From: Eledone cirrhosa
Lineage: Eukaryota
Length of the DNA: 64,000 bases
NCBI GenBank assembly: GCA_964016885.1
Contig: OZ024742.1
Span: 93,868,001 to 93,932,000 of the forward strand
Reading direction: 5' to 3'
Shown here one piece after another: positions 1 through 14,500 of the stretch (positions within the stretch are counted from its first letter, which is position 1; every line of letters starts with the position of its first letter). The position numbers and the translations under genes were made by a program. The notes beneath the pieces are model-generated. The model worked only from the letters and a program-made list of their open reading frames with translations. It had not been told where the DNA came from and searched no databases.

Positions 1-355
1 TTATTTCATAAATTTCTACCAAGAATGAGAGAGAGAGAGGGGGGAGATAGAAACAAGATACATTCATTGAAATTTAGACAACAACAACATATGTATGTAT
101 ATCTGTGTTTGTGTGTGTATGTGTTTATGTCGGGAGGGATTTTATTGCATGTGAGGATCTGTATGCCTTGAGTTATATGTTTACATGCCATATGTTTCTG
201 TATCTATACATGTGTATATGCAGTTATTACATGCTGAATTTCTGAAATGTTTTAACATATGTTTACTGTTTTCATTAATTGACTTAAACTATGACATATC
301 CCACTCTTGGCAGCATAGAGAAATAGAGAACAAACATAAAATTACGATGATGATG

Positions 356-407
<52 letters not shown>

Positions 408-515
408 CATACACACACACACATATATATATATATATACATACATACACACACACACATATATATATATGCTAGAATCACTTTGACTCATTTATATATA
501 TATATATATATATAT

Positions 516-1022
516 AAAATTGAAAAAGTGAAGAATAACAAGGTCAACAGTACAAACAAGGAAATTTATTTACAATCTAACAATTGTTTCCATGATAGAG
601 ATGTCTAGAAATTGCTAATCGCTGAAGGCAGTGGCACTCAATTTAAAATACATGCAACCTCCATCTTACCGTTATGCATATATTTTGTATTTTCTATTAG
701 TCTCTGACGAAATGATAGAGGTTGCATGTTTTTAAATTGAGTGCCATTGCCTTCAGTGTTTAGGATTTTCTAGACATCTCTATCATGGAAACAATTATTA
801 GACTGCAAATAAATTTCCTTGTTTGTACTGTTGACCATGTTTTTCTTCACTTTTTCTATTTTATCACTCCAAGACATATTTACATGGGAATACAAGTGAA
901 GTCATTAACTCACCATCCACATAAACCTCTTGTTGAGTCACACAACACCGTACACTTAAACTATCCATGATAAGTAGTTTTCACAACCTCTTATTGGATT
1001 ACCTTTAACGATATATTGTTTT

Positions 1023-1025
<3 letters not shown>
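516..1025 (+). mobile_element. Fold-back non-coding element (probable PLE terminus) between (TA)n tracts
   Basis: ~516-665 is the diverged reverse complement of ~712-864; the right arm continues as an unpaired ~160-bp extension to the next (TA)n; contains a hammerhead motif. Confidence 0.7.
699..804 (+). ncRNA. Type I hammerhead ribozyme with long stem II insert
   Basis: agtct-CTGACGA(704-710)-atgatagag...ctctatcat-GAAA(788-791)-caatta-TT-agact; stems I and II pair; the opposite arm retains the palindromic caattg. Confidence 0.7.
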
Positions 1026-1060
<35 letters not shown>

Positions 1061-2341
1061 TACAAATATATATACATACAAATATATATACATATATAAT
1101 TCAAAATGTAAATTATACCTTTTTAATAAACATGCAGGTTGGTGTCCCAATCTAGGTTGTTATAGACATAAATTTCATGCTGCTGTGGCAAGAAATATAA
1201 AGGTGAAACCAGTTACCCACTGAATAAAGGGCTAGAGCAGCAGCAGGTGTTTTAAAGTCATTTTCCCCTGCAGGTCAATTCATGTCCATTAATGAGGGAT
1301 TTTTTAATACCATATTTTTCAGCTGGGTACCTTCTTAACCCTACCATTTTAGTTTACTCTTATATTTGAGGATACAATGTACTTATTCTCAACTAAATAC
1401 CTATGGTATAAATATTACTCTAGAAGAACATCATAACCTTGTGATTCATGAGAATACAGAGAAATCAGACATGGTTAAACATTGGTGGAAGTCGCAAAAG
1501 GACGCCACCAAGCCTTGTAGATGAAAGTCAAAATATATAGGGTGTAATTTAAAGAAAATTTGATGGCTGTTTCTTGCAAAATAAGTGAACACTGAGGACT
1601 TAAGCAATAATTAAGTAAAGATAAATAAAATAAAACAAACTAAATGTAAACATAAATCAAAAACAAAAGAGAATAAGTTGGTGATAACAATACATTTGGA
1701 ATGGAACCACAATGCTTTTGAATATGTAATGAACAGAGAACAGTGGAGATTGGTCATATTATGATTGCATTTATTTGTATGCCATATCTAAGGTAAAATA
1801 ATGTTTCCCCATGAAATACTGAAGCATTGAATAAATATTGAGTGAGAGAGAGTGAGTGAGAGATAAAGTGAGGAAGAGAAAAGGAGGAAGAAAGAGAGAG
1901 TGAGTGAGTTGGAGAAAGAGAAAGAGAGAGAGAGAGATCTATGTTTTTCACCGACCTTACAGTTTCATTCACTCATACAAATCATTTTATTACAATTTAT
2001 AGAATCACCTCTGTAACTCAAAACACTTTTGCAAACATTTGGCAAGACCTCTTGAAAATCAACTATTGTCATCATGTATGAATTTTTTCCTTTTCTTTAT
2101 GTTTTTATACATTTGTTTTTGCTATGATATTATTACTATTATTTATATTGCTGTTGTTGCTGTTGTTACTGTCGATGGTATCATCATTTATCATATTATA
2201 CATTTCGATGTAATCATTTCAAACATGTATTTTGTCTGCAATGCTTTCTGATGATATTTATTTCAACAGCTGTCAAAGTGAACCACCACCGATAAAGACA
2301 GACAGATAATCAATGCCTGCCAGAACAAGGTAGTAGAATGA

Positions 2342-3020
<679 letters not shown>

Positions 3021-3682
3021 TAAACATGGAATAAATATTTATTTTATGAAAGGAAGAGGAGGGTGAAGAGAAGTTAAGATGGATAAAGAAACAATGATAG
3101 TGGTTGAAAGAGAAGTAAAGAAAAGAGTAGACAGAGTGTTAGAAAGCAAGAGAGATATATAGGGAGCGTGAAAGATATAGAGAATGTGAAAGACATATAG
3201 AGTGAGAAAGAGATATAGAATGTGAGAGAGAGATTAGTAGTTAAATACAGATTAGGTGAGGTTTTTCATCATAGTAAAACAAAATTTAAATAAAAAATAA
3301 AATCACTTAAAAAACGATAAAATAACAAAAACAAGAACTAAACAATATTTAAAAAGTAGAAATAATAGTAAGAACAACAATAAGGAACTAAAAATTTCAT
3401 AATAATAATAATAATATAAACATCATTCATCTAAAGACCTCTTCCACCCTTCTGCCCTAACACCATTCCCACCTCTCCTATTCTATGGAGATTGGAAACT
3501 AATATGACTCGGAGAAAATTATACATTTGGGTGTTTTTAAATGTCTAAAAGCAACAATTTTTATGTGTGTATATGGGCGTGTGTGTGTGTGTATCTGTGT
3601 ATGTACATATGTATGATTGTTTGAGTGTTTGCATATATATATGTGCATATGTGCATATGTGTGTATGATATATATGTATATA

Positions 3683-3965
3683 TCATCATCATCATCACCG
3701 TTTTACGTCCGTTCTTCCATGCTAGTATGGGTTGGGCGGGTTGTCCTGTTGTGGGCAGTGTCTGGTCGGCTGACCATGCCTTGCTCATACAGGAACTGAT
3801 TTTGGCTTGATTTCTACAGCTGGATGCCCTTCCTAACACCAATCTCATTTACAGTGAGTGCTGGGTGCTTTTTCCGTGGCACCTACACGTCCACTTTACA
3901 GTGTGGGCTGGGTGCTTTTTTGCCGTGGCACCTCCATGACCACCTTGCAGTGGGAGGGTGTGGGG
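3683..3965 (-). mobile_element. SINE / RTE-LINE 3' tail copy
   Basis: Reverse complement of ggtgttaggaagggcatccagctgtagaaa...cccat-ctagcatggaa...gacgtaaaa-(TGA)n, matching the RTE 3' UTR at 39870-40028. Confidence 0.8.
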
Positions 3966-4061
3966 GCATATTGTCTATATGCTTCAGCTTGTACCCATGG
4001 GAGGTCGGGTACTCTGTATTACTGTGTGACGCCAGATGTCACGGTCGTGTGTCATCGCCTT

Positions 4062-4180
<119 letters not shown>

Positions 4181-4206
4181 AATAAATATATGTTTGGATG
4201 TTTATT

Positions 4207-4255
<49 letters not shown>

Positions 4256-4418
4256 GTGTGTATATCTGTGTGTGTAAATGTATGTGTATGCATAGGTATG
4301 TATATACTTGCATACATGTGTGCATGTATGCAAGGGTATGTGAGTTCTTTAACTCTTCATTCCTTCTATTCTTATTCTTTGCAGATTATATCTTGCTGTT
4401 TATTACATAAAACTATTT

Positions 4419-4419
<1 letters not shown>

Positions 4420-4472
<53 letters not shown>

Positions 4473-4490
4473 TTGGTAGTAGTAGTAGTT
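4420..4490. repeat. (AGT)n microsatellite followed by a GTT-rich low-complexity tract
   Basis: Direct reading. Confidence 0.9.
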
Positions 4491-7400
4491 TTTATTTTCA
4501 TTGTTTCATTGTTCTTGTTGCTATTGCTACTACTGCTGTACTACAGTTGCTGTTGCTGATTTTCATGTTAATGTTGTTTTTGTTGTTCTTAATGTCATTG
4601 TAATTGTTGCTGTTGTGACTTTTGCTGTTGTTGTTGTTGACTTTTATTGTTCTTAATTTTGTTGCAGCTGTTGTTCTTGATTTTGTTGCTGTTGTTGGTG
4701 TTGATAATGTTGTTGTTTTTAATGTTGTCCTTCCTTTTCAATTTGGCAGCTATTTTGTCTGAATTCAAAAAATATACGGATCAGATCGGAAAATTAATTC
4801 TGCAGGCAACGACAAAAGCTTCCTTCTTGACTGCCACCACAATGATGTTGTCAGTGTTGATGTTGTCAATGACAATGGCAGACAGAAGAGGAAACACTTG
4901 TTAACATTTGAATCAGAACATCATTTTTTTTTTTACACATTTATTTCTTTTTAATTTGTTTCTTTTCATTTTTGTTTCATTTTGTTTTGTTTGTGCTTAT
5001 ATTTATAATTGCTGTTTTGTTTTGTTTTCTGTCAATTATTATTATTGTTGTTGTTGTTATTGTTGTTTTTATTACTGTTGTTGTTATGACAACAAATGTC
5101 ATAGAGTAAGTGTTAACCTGCGTGACATGGCAATCAGAGCAATACAAATGTATCCGCAAATGTATACAAGCAAAATTAATTTACTGATGATTAGTTCTGA
5201 TTGGATAAGACCTATGACACATTAGTAGTTGGGTAAAGGACTACTAATGGCTGAGGTTTGATCCTGTGATCTGGTGATCCAGAAACACCATTCCTTTGCC
5301 TGGTTGAACTATGCTATCCATAATCCATCACACTTTGACATGCTCTGATTTGTCATATCCAGTAAACTTTGTAAACTGGTTGGTCATAGGAATAGCATCC
5401 ACCCATAGAAAGCCTGCTAAACAAAGAGTCAAGAGGATTCTTTAGCTGCATTAAAGATATGATAACCTCTCTAGTGTTGGTGACATAATAAAATTCATTT
5501 GATATAGCGCTGGAGATGTAGCATTCTCCCCCACCCCAGCCCATCTGAGAGGTCAGTAACTCTGCTTGAGTATTGACTTTTTCTATGAAGATTCATCCAG
5601 CCCCTGTTAGCAGAGAAGAAGGATGTTAAATAACAATGATGAGGATGAGTATTCTTTACTCTCTAGCTTATAACTTTTGTCATTGTTGTTCAAGCCCAGG
5701 TAAGCTTTAAGTGAGTAAAAGTATGCCTAAAACATTCCAGCCATGACCATCTCATCTTTTATTCTAACAATGTATCAATGAGTTCATTATCCAATCTGTT
5801 CTTTGTTCATCGAAATTGTAGATTGTACAATGGTCAGCTGCAAGGTTCATAGGCTGAACAATATAATCTCATGGAATGACCAAATAAGGTTTATTTTTCA
5901 ACATAGTTCCTGGAAAGAAAAAATGCAGATACAAGAAGAGTTGAAATTAATACATGCACGATTTCACAGCTCTAGCATCACTCTTTCATAATCAGTCTAT
6001 GAACTTTTGAGTCCACCCTTATATTTTGATGGACAAATGTTTGCTATCTTTAGAAGGCTGTGCTTCATAAATAGTGAGTTCCATGACTGAGGATGCAATT
6101 TTCACACCTATTCCTCTACATATAAGTTGTTTTTTGCTTTATTGAGGTGCACTGCATACTCCATCACCATCCAACATGTAATGGTTCATCATATAAAATG
6201 TAGTATGGCAATGAGGGGCATACTGTATTTTCAATGTTTTTTTATTTTTTAATGCCAGTAAGCTGACGATGATCATCAGTGATAGGCAAGGCTGATTCAC
6301 TTAAAACATAGCAATTACTGTTCTTTTGTAATTATTATTGGGGTTTTGTGTACCAACACAACCTTTGAGACTAATATGGTTATTGTTACTGCTCTGTTTA
6401 CTGAGTGATTATGGATTTTTATGCTTAATAAATTATTGGTGCATTAACATTGTTTTATTTCAATGTTACCTGTACTACAGGATATATCTATAGATTTTAA
6501 ACCAACACAATAAGTATGTATACAGATCCATAACTACTGAAGTAGTTTTAAGGGAGCCATCATGACAAAGTATTTTATTGCAGTCCATCCACTCTCTAGG
6601 GCAGCACATAGCCGATTTTTTCCAGAGAAGGAGAAAGAGAATGAAAGAGGAGAAATGAAAAGATATATAAAGGAAGATACATCTCCAGTACTGGGCTAAT
6701 ACATCTTTTTATCTGACATTCTAATAACTCTCTTAATTCACTGCATACTGTATGTATAGATAGATGTAAATAACATTTTCTGTATATACAATAGCTTTGT
6801 AAATAGGAAAAGAGAGATAGTGTTAACAGGATAGTGTTAAAGGTGTGTCTGGATAACATTGGAAATGTAAGTACTGTGTATATTGACTGACACCTGCTGC
6901 AGCAATAGATTGTACCTTTTGTATCTTCTGAAAACAATACATCATAGAAAATAGAGAAGACAATATGGTCTCAGCTGGAATGCTATTCAAAAGATAGAAG
7001 GTCAGTACAGATTATCACTGAAGAAGAAATTTATTTGAAAATTATCAACTTCAAGTATATTCATTTAAAGTTCTTTGAGGATTTTTTTTATCATTGTTTA
7101 GTGGGTTTGTTGCAAAGGAAGTGGGCAGGATAGCATTATCCTCCTCTAAGATTTAGAAAACTCAGTTTGTAAAAAGCATCCTAAAAAGCATCCTGAAATA
7201 TGTTTGACATTGCTAACGTTTCCTCTCATCAGAACAAGAACAAAGAATAAAAGTTATTTAAAAAAAGAAAAAAAAAACAGAGAAAAATACTATCCAAGGT
7301 AACTACTGAAAAACTTATTTGGGGGAATAATAGAAAGATGAAAAAAATAGTACAGAATGAAAGCAAAAGCATCAACAATGATGATAATAACACAATACAA

Positions 7401-7989
7401 ATGGGATGAAGAGAAGAGGGAGTGGGGTGGTGGGTAAAGAAAGGAATTTCGAAAACAATTTTTCTGCTGATTTGTTTAAAACATAAATTTGAATAAATGG
7501 TTAAAAAAACAGAAGAATTATATCACTCTTATACTGAAACTGTGCCTTAGAATTATTGTGAATTAGATTGGTCACCCAGAATGTCCTGAAACTCCACCTC
7601 CTTCTTCTCTGGAACCATAACCTAGTAATATGCCTGTCACTTAATCAAGAGAAAGGGTATTGACCCTATTCAGAGCTACCAAGTCTGGTGAGCGGGAAAG
7701 AAGGAAGAAAGTGTCCTTAAACTGGGTAGCTAGTCTGAATACATGAAACAGAATGGTTTCCACTAAAGATATGTAAGAGCCTGCTCGTAAGTTAAAACTG
7801 AATGATGGATTATGTTTACTACCCAAGTAGATTACAATGGAAATTGAACTTAGAAAATAAAGTCAGAACAAATATAGCAAGCTATCCCCTCCAATGCTCT
7901 TACGATTCTGCTAGTCCTCTGCAATAGATTGATGTGGACATGTATCTCCAGATGGAAATATAGAGGAAGAATCAATCCCAGTAAACAAA

Positions 7990-8470
7990 CCACTTAAAAA
8001 AGTGTACTAGGTATATTTTATCATGACACCAGGACTAGGGAGGTTGTGATATTTTCAATATGACTGAAAAGTCTTTGTTTAGCATAGTTCCTACAGCTGA
8101 ATTCCCTTCCTACCACTTTACAGAATGTATTGGGTGTACTTTTTCATGACACCAGTTCTAGGAAGAGTGTCAGGATATTATCATTACTAAAATGTTCTCT
8201 CAACCCTTTATTTGGTATACTTCCTACAGATTGATGTCCTTCCTAACACTCAGTGTACTGGGTGCATTTTATTGTGACACTAGTTCTAGGGAGAGTGTCA
8301 TGTTTTTATCATTACTAAAAAGTTCTTTCAATCTTTTGTTTGTTACAGTTCTTGCAGCTGGATGTCCTTCCTAACACCCATCACTTTACAGAGTGTACTG
8401 GGTGCTTTTTATCATAGCATCAGTACGAGGGAGTTTGTTATGTTTTTGACACAACTGAAGTGTCTTCTCA
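7990..8470 (-). repeat. 3-4 tandem diverged ~130-bp copies of an RTE-tail segment
   Basis: Recurring cagctggatgtccttcctaacac / gtgtactgggtgc-ttttatcatgacaccag motifs. Confidence 0.65.
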
Positions 8471-10222
8471 ACCACATCAACTACTTATTAAGTTTTGGAC
8501 ATCATTATGAACAATTTTATGGTCCCCAGATTTAGAAATATTTGATTACAGTGAATGCACTGGAAATAGTAAAAGCCTCTTAATCAAAACTATTCTGTCT
8601 AGACAGGCTTTTAAACATCAAAAGTTCAAGAAAGGAATAATTATTGGCTTTTAGTTACCAATGTGGTTTATTCTCCATTGTAGCTTATATTTCTACCATT
8701 ATACATTCTATATGGAACTTCTTCATTCTTCATTTACCATTTACCATTTATTGGTTGTTCCTTTGTCAACAAGCACAAATATCAGCTCTTTCATCATTCT
8801 CTGACCTCATTCTGTTTGATTATAAATTACCCATGATATATTTGTTATTTATTATTTATCATACAAACCAGTTCAAATATATGCATGTAATACTTTATAT
8901 AGAGATGAAAATATCATACTTTTGGCATATACTCCTAATGGATATTGGAGGATATTTTGAGAGTGTGGGTGGGGGCTAGAGAATGAAAGAGAGTGTATGA
9001 TAGAATGGGTGAAAGATATATATATATATATAGAGAGAGAATGAAAATGAAGGGATGCATAATGTGATGAACAGTTTAAAACTTGTTATCTATCTATCTA
9101 TTTGTATTTATCTGTCTATCTGTCTGCACACCTATCTGTTGTTTGCTTTCTTGCATGTGTGTGTGTGCCTGCCTGTCTGCCTACGTATCTATCTAAGCAG
9201 ATGTTCTATGAGTTTAATTGAGAAGTAAATGAAATGTTGAAACAGTTGTAAAAGATTATGAAATAAAATGTAATATTCACCATCCATTGTGATCATTGAT
9301 ATCTAATTATAAGATGAGCTGCCACACAATTTCCGTTTACCAAAGTATTGGTCAACTAATATTATTGTAGAATGCACTTGCAAATGGGCCATGCAGTAGA
9401 GCTGAACTGAAAACCACATGGTTTTGAAAGAAATTCCTTATACTCGTTAAATTATATTCCAAGCATCAGCGAAATTCCTCCAAATTTTTCCAATTAATTG
9501 GAACACAAAGGCCGTATATTTCATTACTAATATGGTAACAAAAGTGTTAATATCCTTAAGCTAGAAGGGAGGAGGAATATTTAATGTTTCTTCTAGTTGA
9601 TTGAAATAAAACACTTTAAATTGACTGACAATATCTTTTCAAACTGTTGCCTCATTTCCGTCTCCTTTAAAAAATGTTTTCCTATGTAATGAGAAAGTGG
9701 GGTGGAGGTTCAACCGAGGTTTAGAAATATGAACATATCAACACGTTTAATTTTGACATGATATTAAAATAAATGAAGTTTGTTTATGAAATAATATTTC
9801 CCTCTTCATGTCTAAACTGAATAAATATCCAATTTCCAATGTTTTTAAAAAGAAGTGTTTAAAAATTGCTTTCAGTTTTTAGGCCTTCAAGCAAGGTTTG
9901 AACCCAAATTAAAACATAGTATGTGAAAAATATGGAAAATGTAATTCAAAAATATTAAATAACAAAATAAAAAGGAAAATAATTGAAAGAAAAATATATT
10001 TTCTGTAAAAATACATCCTGAAAGCATAATAGAAATTTAATTATTGAAGATCATAATCTATAACAAAAACAGATTTATTTAATCGAATATATATATATAT
10101 ATGCATGCATATATGTATATATATATGAATATATGTATATACATACACACATATATATATATGAATATATGTATATACATACATATATGTATATATATAT
10201 GTGTGTGTGTATATATATATAT

Positions 10223-10290
10223 CAAGTGGGAAAATTCACGTCCAAACCCATGCTAGCGTGGAAGATGGACGTTAAACGATGATGATGATG
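10223..10290 (+). mobile_element. Extreme 3' end of RTE/SINE
   Basis: caagtggg...aaacccatgctagcgtggaagatggacgttaaac(GAT)n inside (TA)n. Confidence 0.75.
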
Positions 10291-10307
10291 TGTGTGTGTG
10301 TGTATAG

Positions 10308-10363
<56 letters not shown>

Positions 10364-11299
10364 GCACACACACACAAACTCATACATATATATATATATA
10401 TATATATACATATATTTGTATAAATGCATATATTTATTAACTATAGTAAATATATTTAATTAATATAAAATGTAATTTAAAAAACGAAATTGATCAATAT
10501 AATTTATATATTTCTTCAATAATTTTACAACAAATCATTCGATAAAAACAATTTCAATATATTCATCAAAGACAAACAAAAATTATAAAATAATTTTGAA
10601 AAAAGATCTCATGAAGACATAGATAACAATAATAACACTAATCTATTATATTAAAGCTGTTGTACAATTCATGTAAAATGTCTGTCACATTTGAAAGAGG
10701 ATGGTAGGAATGTGTGTGAGAAAGAGCAAGATAGAGAAAGAGAAAGCAAATGAGTGTAGCAACAGTAGTAGTGACTTTTGAAGCAACACTGAAATTTTAT
10801 TTAACCTCATGGTGTAACAAGGCTTTATAAAAAGGGAATAGTAAGAGGGTGTGTGGTTGTGTGTATGTGTGTGCGTGAGAGAGAGAAAATCATTTTTTGA
10901 AAGTTAGCCACATTGTGGAAAGGGAATAGTATGTGTGTGTGTGTGTGTATATTTTTTTAATCCCTAGCTGTATGGTATAGTGCAACTGTGTGTATGTGTG
11001 TGTAAGAAAGAGAAAACTAAAAAAGGAATTTCTTTAATAAAAAATATTGTTTATCATCAAAATGTAAATGAGTAAAATATTCCATTTTGGTAGTTTCAGT
11101 TAGTTTTTAATTTATTGGGACAGTTAGTAACAATAATAAAAATGATAAAACTAACAATGTCAAAAATAACAACAATGACATGACTAGTAAATATAACAAT
11201 GCTAACAACTATAATAATAATCATAACAATCACAATAGTGGCAACCACAATGAAAACACGGCACAAAATAAATATGTGTTCCTTCAACAGGAAATGACT

Positions 11300-11505
11300 G
11301 GAGGTTAGCTGCTTGTAATATCAATATAACATTGCAGTATTTCTACTTGATCTTTACATCCTAAGTTCAAATCCTATTGAGGCCAATTTTCCTTTCATTC
11401 TTCCATGGTTGATAAAATAAAGTACCAGTAAAGTACTGGGGTTGATACAATTAATTTTGGCTTTTGCCTAAATTTACTGGCCTAATGCTTGAATTAGGAA
11501 TCAAT
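11300..11505 (+). mobile_element. Degraded tRNA-type SINE
   Basis: B-box-like agttcaaatcc and gttgataaaataaagtaccag, shared with 27755-27930. Confidence 0.55.
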
Positions 11506-11509
11506 ATTT

Positions 11510-14500
11510 AGATTTGACCAGTGAGTGGAATTTAACCGTTAGTAATCTAAATAGATTTGACCAATGATGGAGATTAGATGCAGGTAATATATATAGATTT
11601 GACCAGTGAGTGGAAGTTAACTGTTGGTAATATATAGATTTGACCAGTGAGTGGAAGTTAACTGTTGGTAATATATAGATTTGACCAGTGAGTGGAAGTT
11701 AACTGCTCGTGATATATATATAGATTTGACTAATTAGTGGCAGTTAACTGTTGGTAATATATATAGATTTGACCAGTGAGTGGAAGTTAACAGTTGGTAA
11801 TATATAGATTTGACCAATTAGTTGAAGTTAACTGTTGGTAATATATAGATTTGACTAATTAGTGGAAGTTAACTGTTGGTAATATATAGATTTGACTAAT
11901 TAGTGGAAGTTAACTGTTGGTAATATATATAGATTTGACTAATTAGTGGAAGTTAACTGTTGGTAATATATAGATTTGACCAGTGAGTGGAAGTTAACTG
12001 TTGGTAATATATAGATTTGACCAGTGAGTGGAAGTTAACTGTTGGTAATATATATAGATTTGACCAATTAGTGGAAGTTAACTGTTGGTAATATATAGAT
12101 TTGACCAGTGAGTGGAAGTTAACTGTTGGTAATATATAGATTTGACCAGTGAGTGGAAGTTAACTGTTGGTAATATATATAGGTTTGACCAGTAAGTGGA
12201 AGTTAACTGTTGGTAATATATAGATTTGACCAGTGAGTGGAAGTTAACTGGTGGTAATATATATAGATTGGACCAGTGAGTGGAAGTTAACTGTTGGTAA
12301 TATATATAGGTTTGACCAGTAAGTGGAAGTTAACTCTTGGTAATATATAGATTTGACCAGTGAGTGGAAGTTAACTGTTGGTAATATATAGATTTGATCA
12401 ATTAGTGGAAGTTAACTGTTGGTAATATATAGATTTGACCAGTGAGTGGAAGTTAACTGTTGGTAATATATAGATTTGACCAATTAGTGGAAGTTAACTG
12501 TTGGTAATATATAGATTTGACCAGTGAGTGGAAGTTAACTGTTGGTAATATATAGATTTGACCAGTGAGTGGAAGTTAACTGTTGGTAATATATAGATTT
12601 GACCAGTGAGTGGAAGTTAACTGTTGGTAATATATAGATTTGACCAGTGAGTGGAAGTTAACTGTTGGTAATATATAGATTTGACCAATTAGTGGAAGTT
12701 GACTGTTGGTAATATATAGATTTGACCAGTGAGTGGAAGTTAACTGTTGGTAATATATAGATTTGACCAATTAGTGGAAGTTAACTGTTGGTAATATATA
12801 GATTTGACCAGTGAGTGGAAGTTAACTGTTGGTAATATATTGATTTGACCAGTGAGTGGAAGTTAACTGTTGGTAATATATAGATTTGACCAGTGAGTGG
12901 AAGTTAACTGTTGGTAATATATAGATTTGACCAGTGAGTGGAAGTTAACTGTTGGTAATATATAGATTTGACCAGTGAGTGGAAGTTAACTGTTGGTAAT
13001 ATATAGATTTGACGAGTGAGTGGAAGTTAACTGTTGGTAATATATAGATTTGACCAGTGAGTGGAAGTTAACTGTTGGTAATATATAGATTTGACCAATT
13101 AGTGGAAGTTAACTGTTGGTAATATATAGATTTGACCAGTGAGTAGAAGTTAACTGTTGTTATATATAGATTTGACCAATTAGTGGAAGTTAACTGTTGG
13201 TAATATATAGATTTGACCAGTGAGTGGAAGTTAACTGTTGGTAATATATAGATTTGACCAGTGAGTGGAAGTTAACTGTTGGTAATATATAGATTTGACC
13301 AGTGAGTGGAAGTTAACTGTTGGTAATATATAGATTTGACCAATTAGTGGAAGTTAACTGTTGGTAATATATAGATTTGACCAGTGAGTGGAAGTTAACT
13401 GTTGGTAATATATAGATTTGACCAATTAGTGGAAGTTAACTGTTGGTAATATATAGATTTGACCAGTGAGTGGAAGTTAACTGTTGGTAATATATAGATT
13501 TGACCAGTGAGTGGAAGTTAACTGTTGGTAATATATAGATTTGTCCAATTAGTGGAAGTTAACTGTTGGTAATATATAGACTTGACCAGTGAGTGGAAGT
13601 TAACTGTTGGTAATATATAGATTTGACCAGTGAGTGGAAGTTAACTGTTGGTAATATATAGATTTGTCCAATTAGTGGAAGTTAACTGTTGGTAATATAT
13701 AGACTTGACCAGTGAGTGGAAGTTAACTGTTGGTAATATATAGATTTGACCAGTGAGTGGAAGTTAACTGTTGGTAATATATAGATTTGACCAGTGAGTA
13801 GAAGTTAACTGTTGGTAATATATAGATTTGACCAGTGAGTGGAAGTTAACTGTTGGTAATATATAGATTTGACCAGTGAGTGGAAGTTAACTGTTGGTAA
13901 TATATAGATTTGACCAGTGAGTGGAAGTTAACTGTTGGTAATATATAGGTTTGACCAATTAGTGGAAGTTATCTGTTGGTAATATATAGATTTGACCAGT
14001 GCATGGAAGTTAACTGTTGGTAATATATAGATTTGACCAGTGAGTGGAAGTTAACTGTTGGTAATATATAGGTTTGACCAGTGATTGGAAGTTAACTGTT
14101 GGTAATATATATAGATTTGACCAGTGAGTGGAAGTTAACTGTTGGTAATATATAGATTTGACCAATTAGTGGAAGTTAACTGTTGGTAATATATAGATTT
14201 GACCAGTGAGTGGAAGTTAACTGTTGGTAATATATAGGTTTGACCAGTGAGTGGAAGTTAACTGTTGGTAATATATAGATTTGACCAGTGAGTGGAAGTT
14301 AACTGTTGGTAATATATATAGGTTTGACCAGTAAGTGGAAGTTAACTGTTGGTAATATATAGATTTGACCAGTGAGTGGAAGTTAACTGGTGGTAATATA
14401 TATAGATTTGACCAGTGAGTGGAAGTTAACTGTTGGTAATATATATAGGTTTGACCAGTAAGTGGAAGTTAACTCTTGGTAATATATAGATTTGACCAGT

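Noticed and set aside
4647-5230. Possible host exon or promoter in unique-looking sequence
   Set aside because: ORFs are driven by GTT-rich low complexity; no recognisable domain or convincing splice structure
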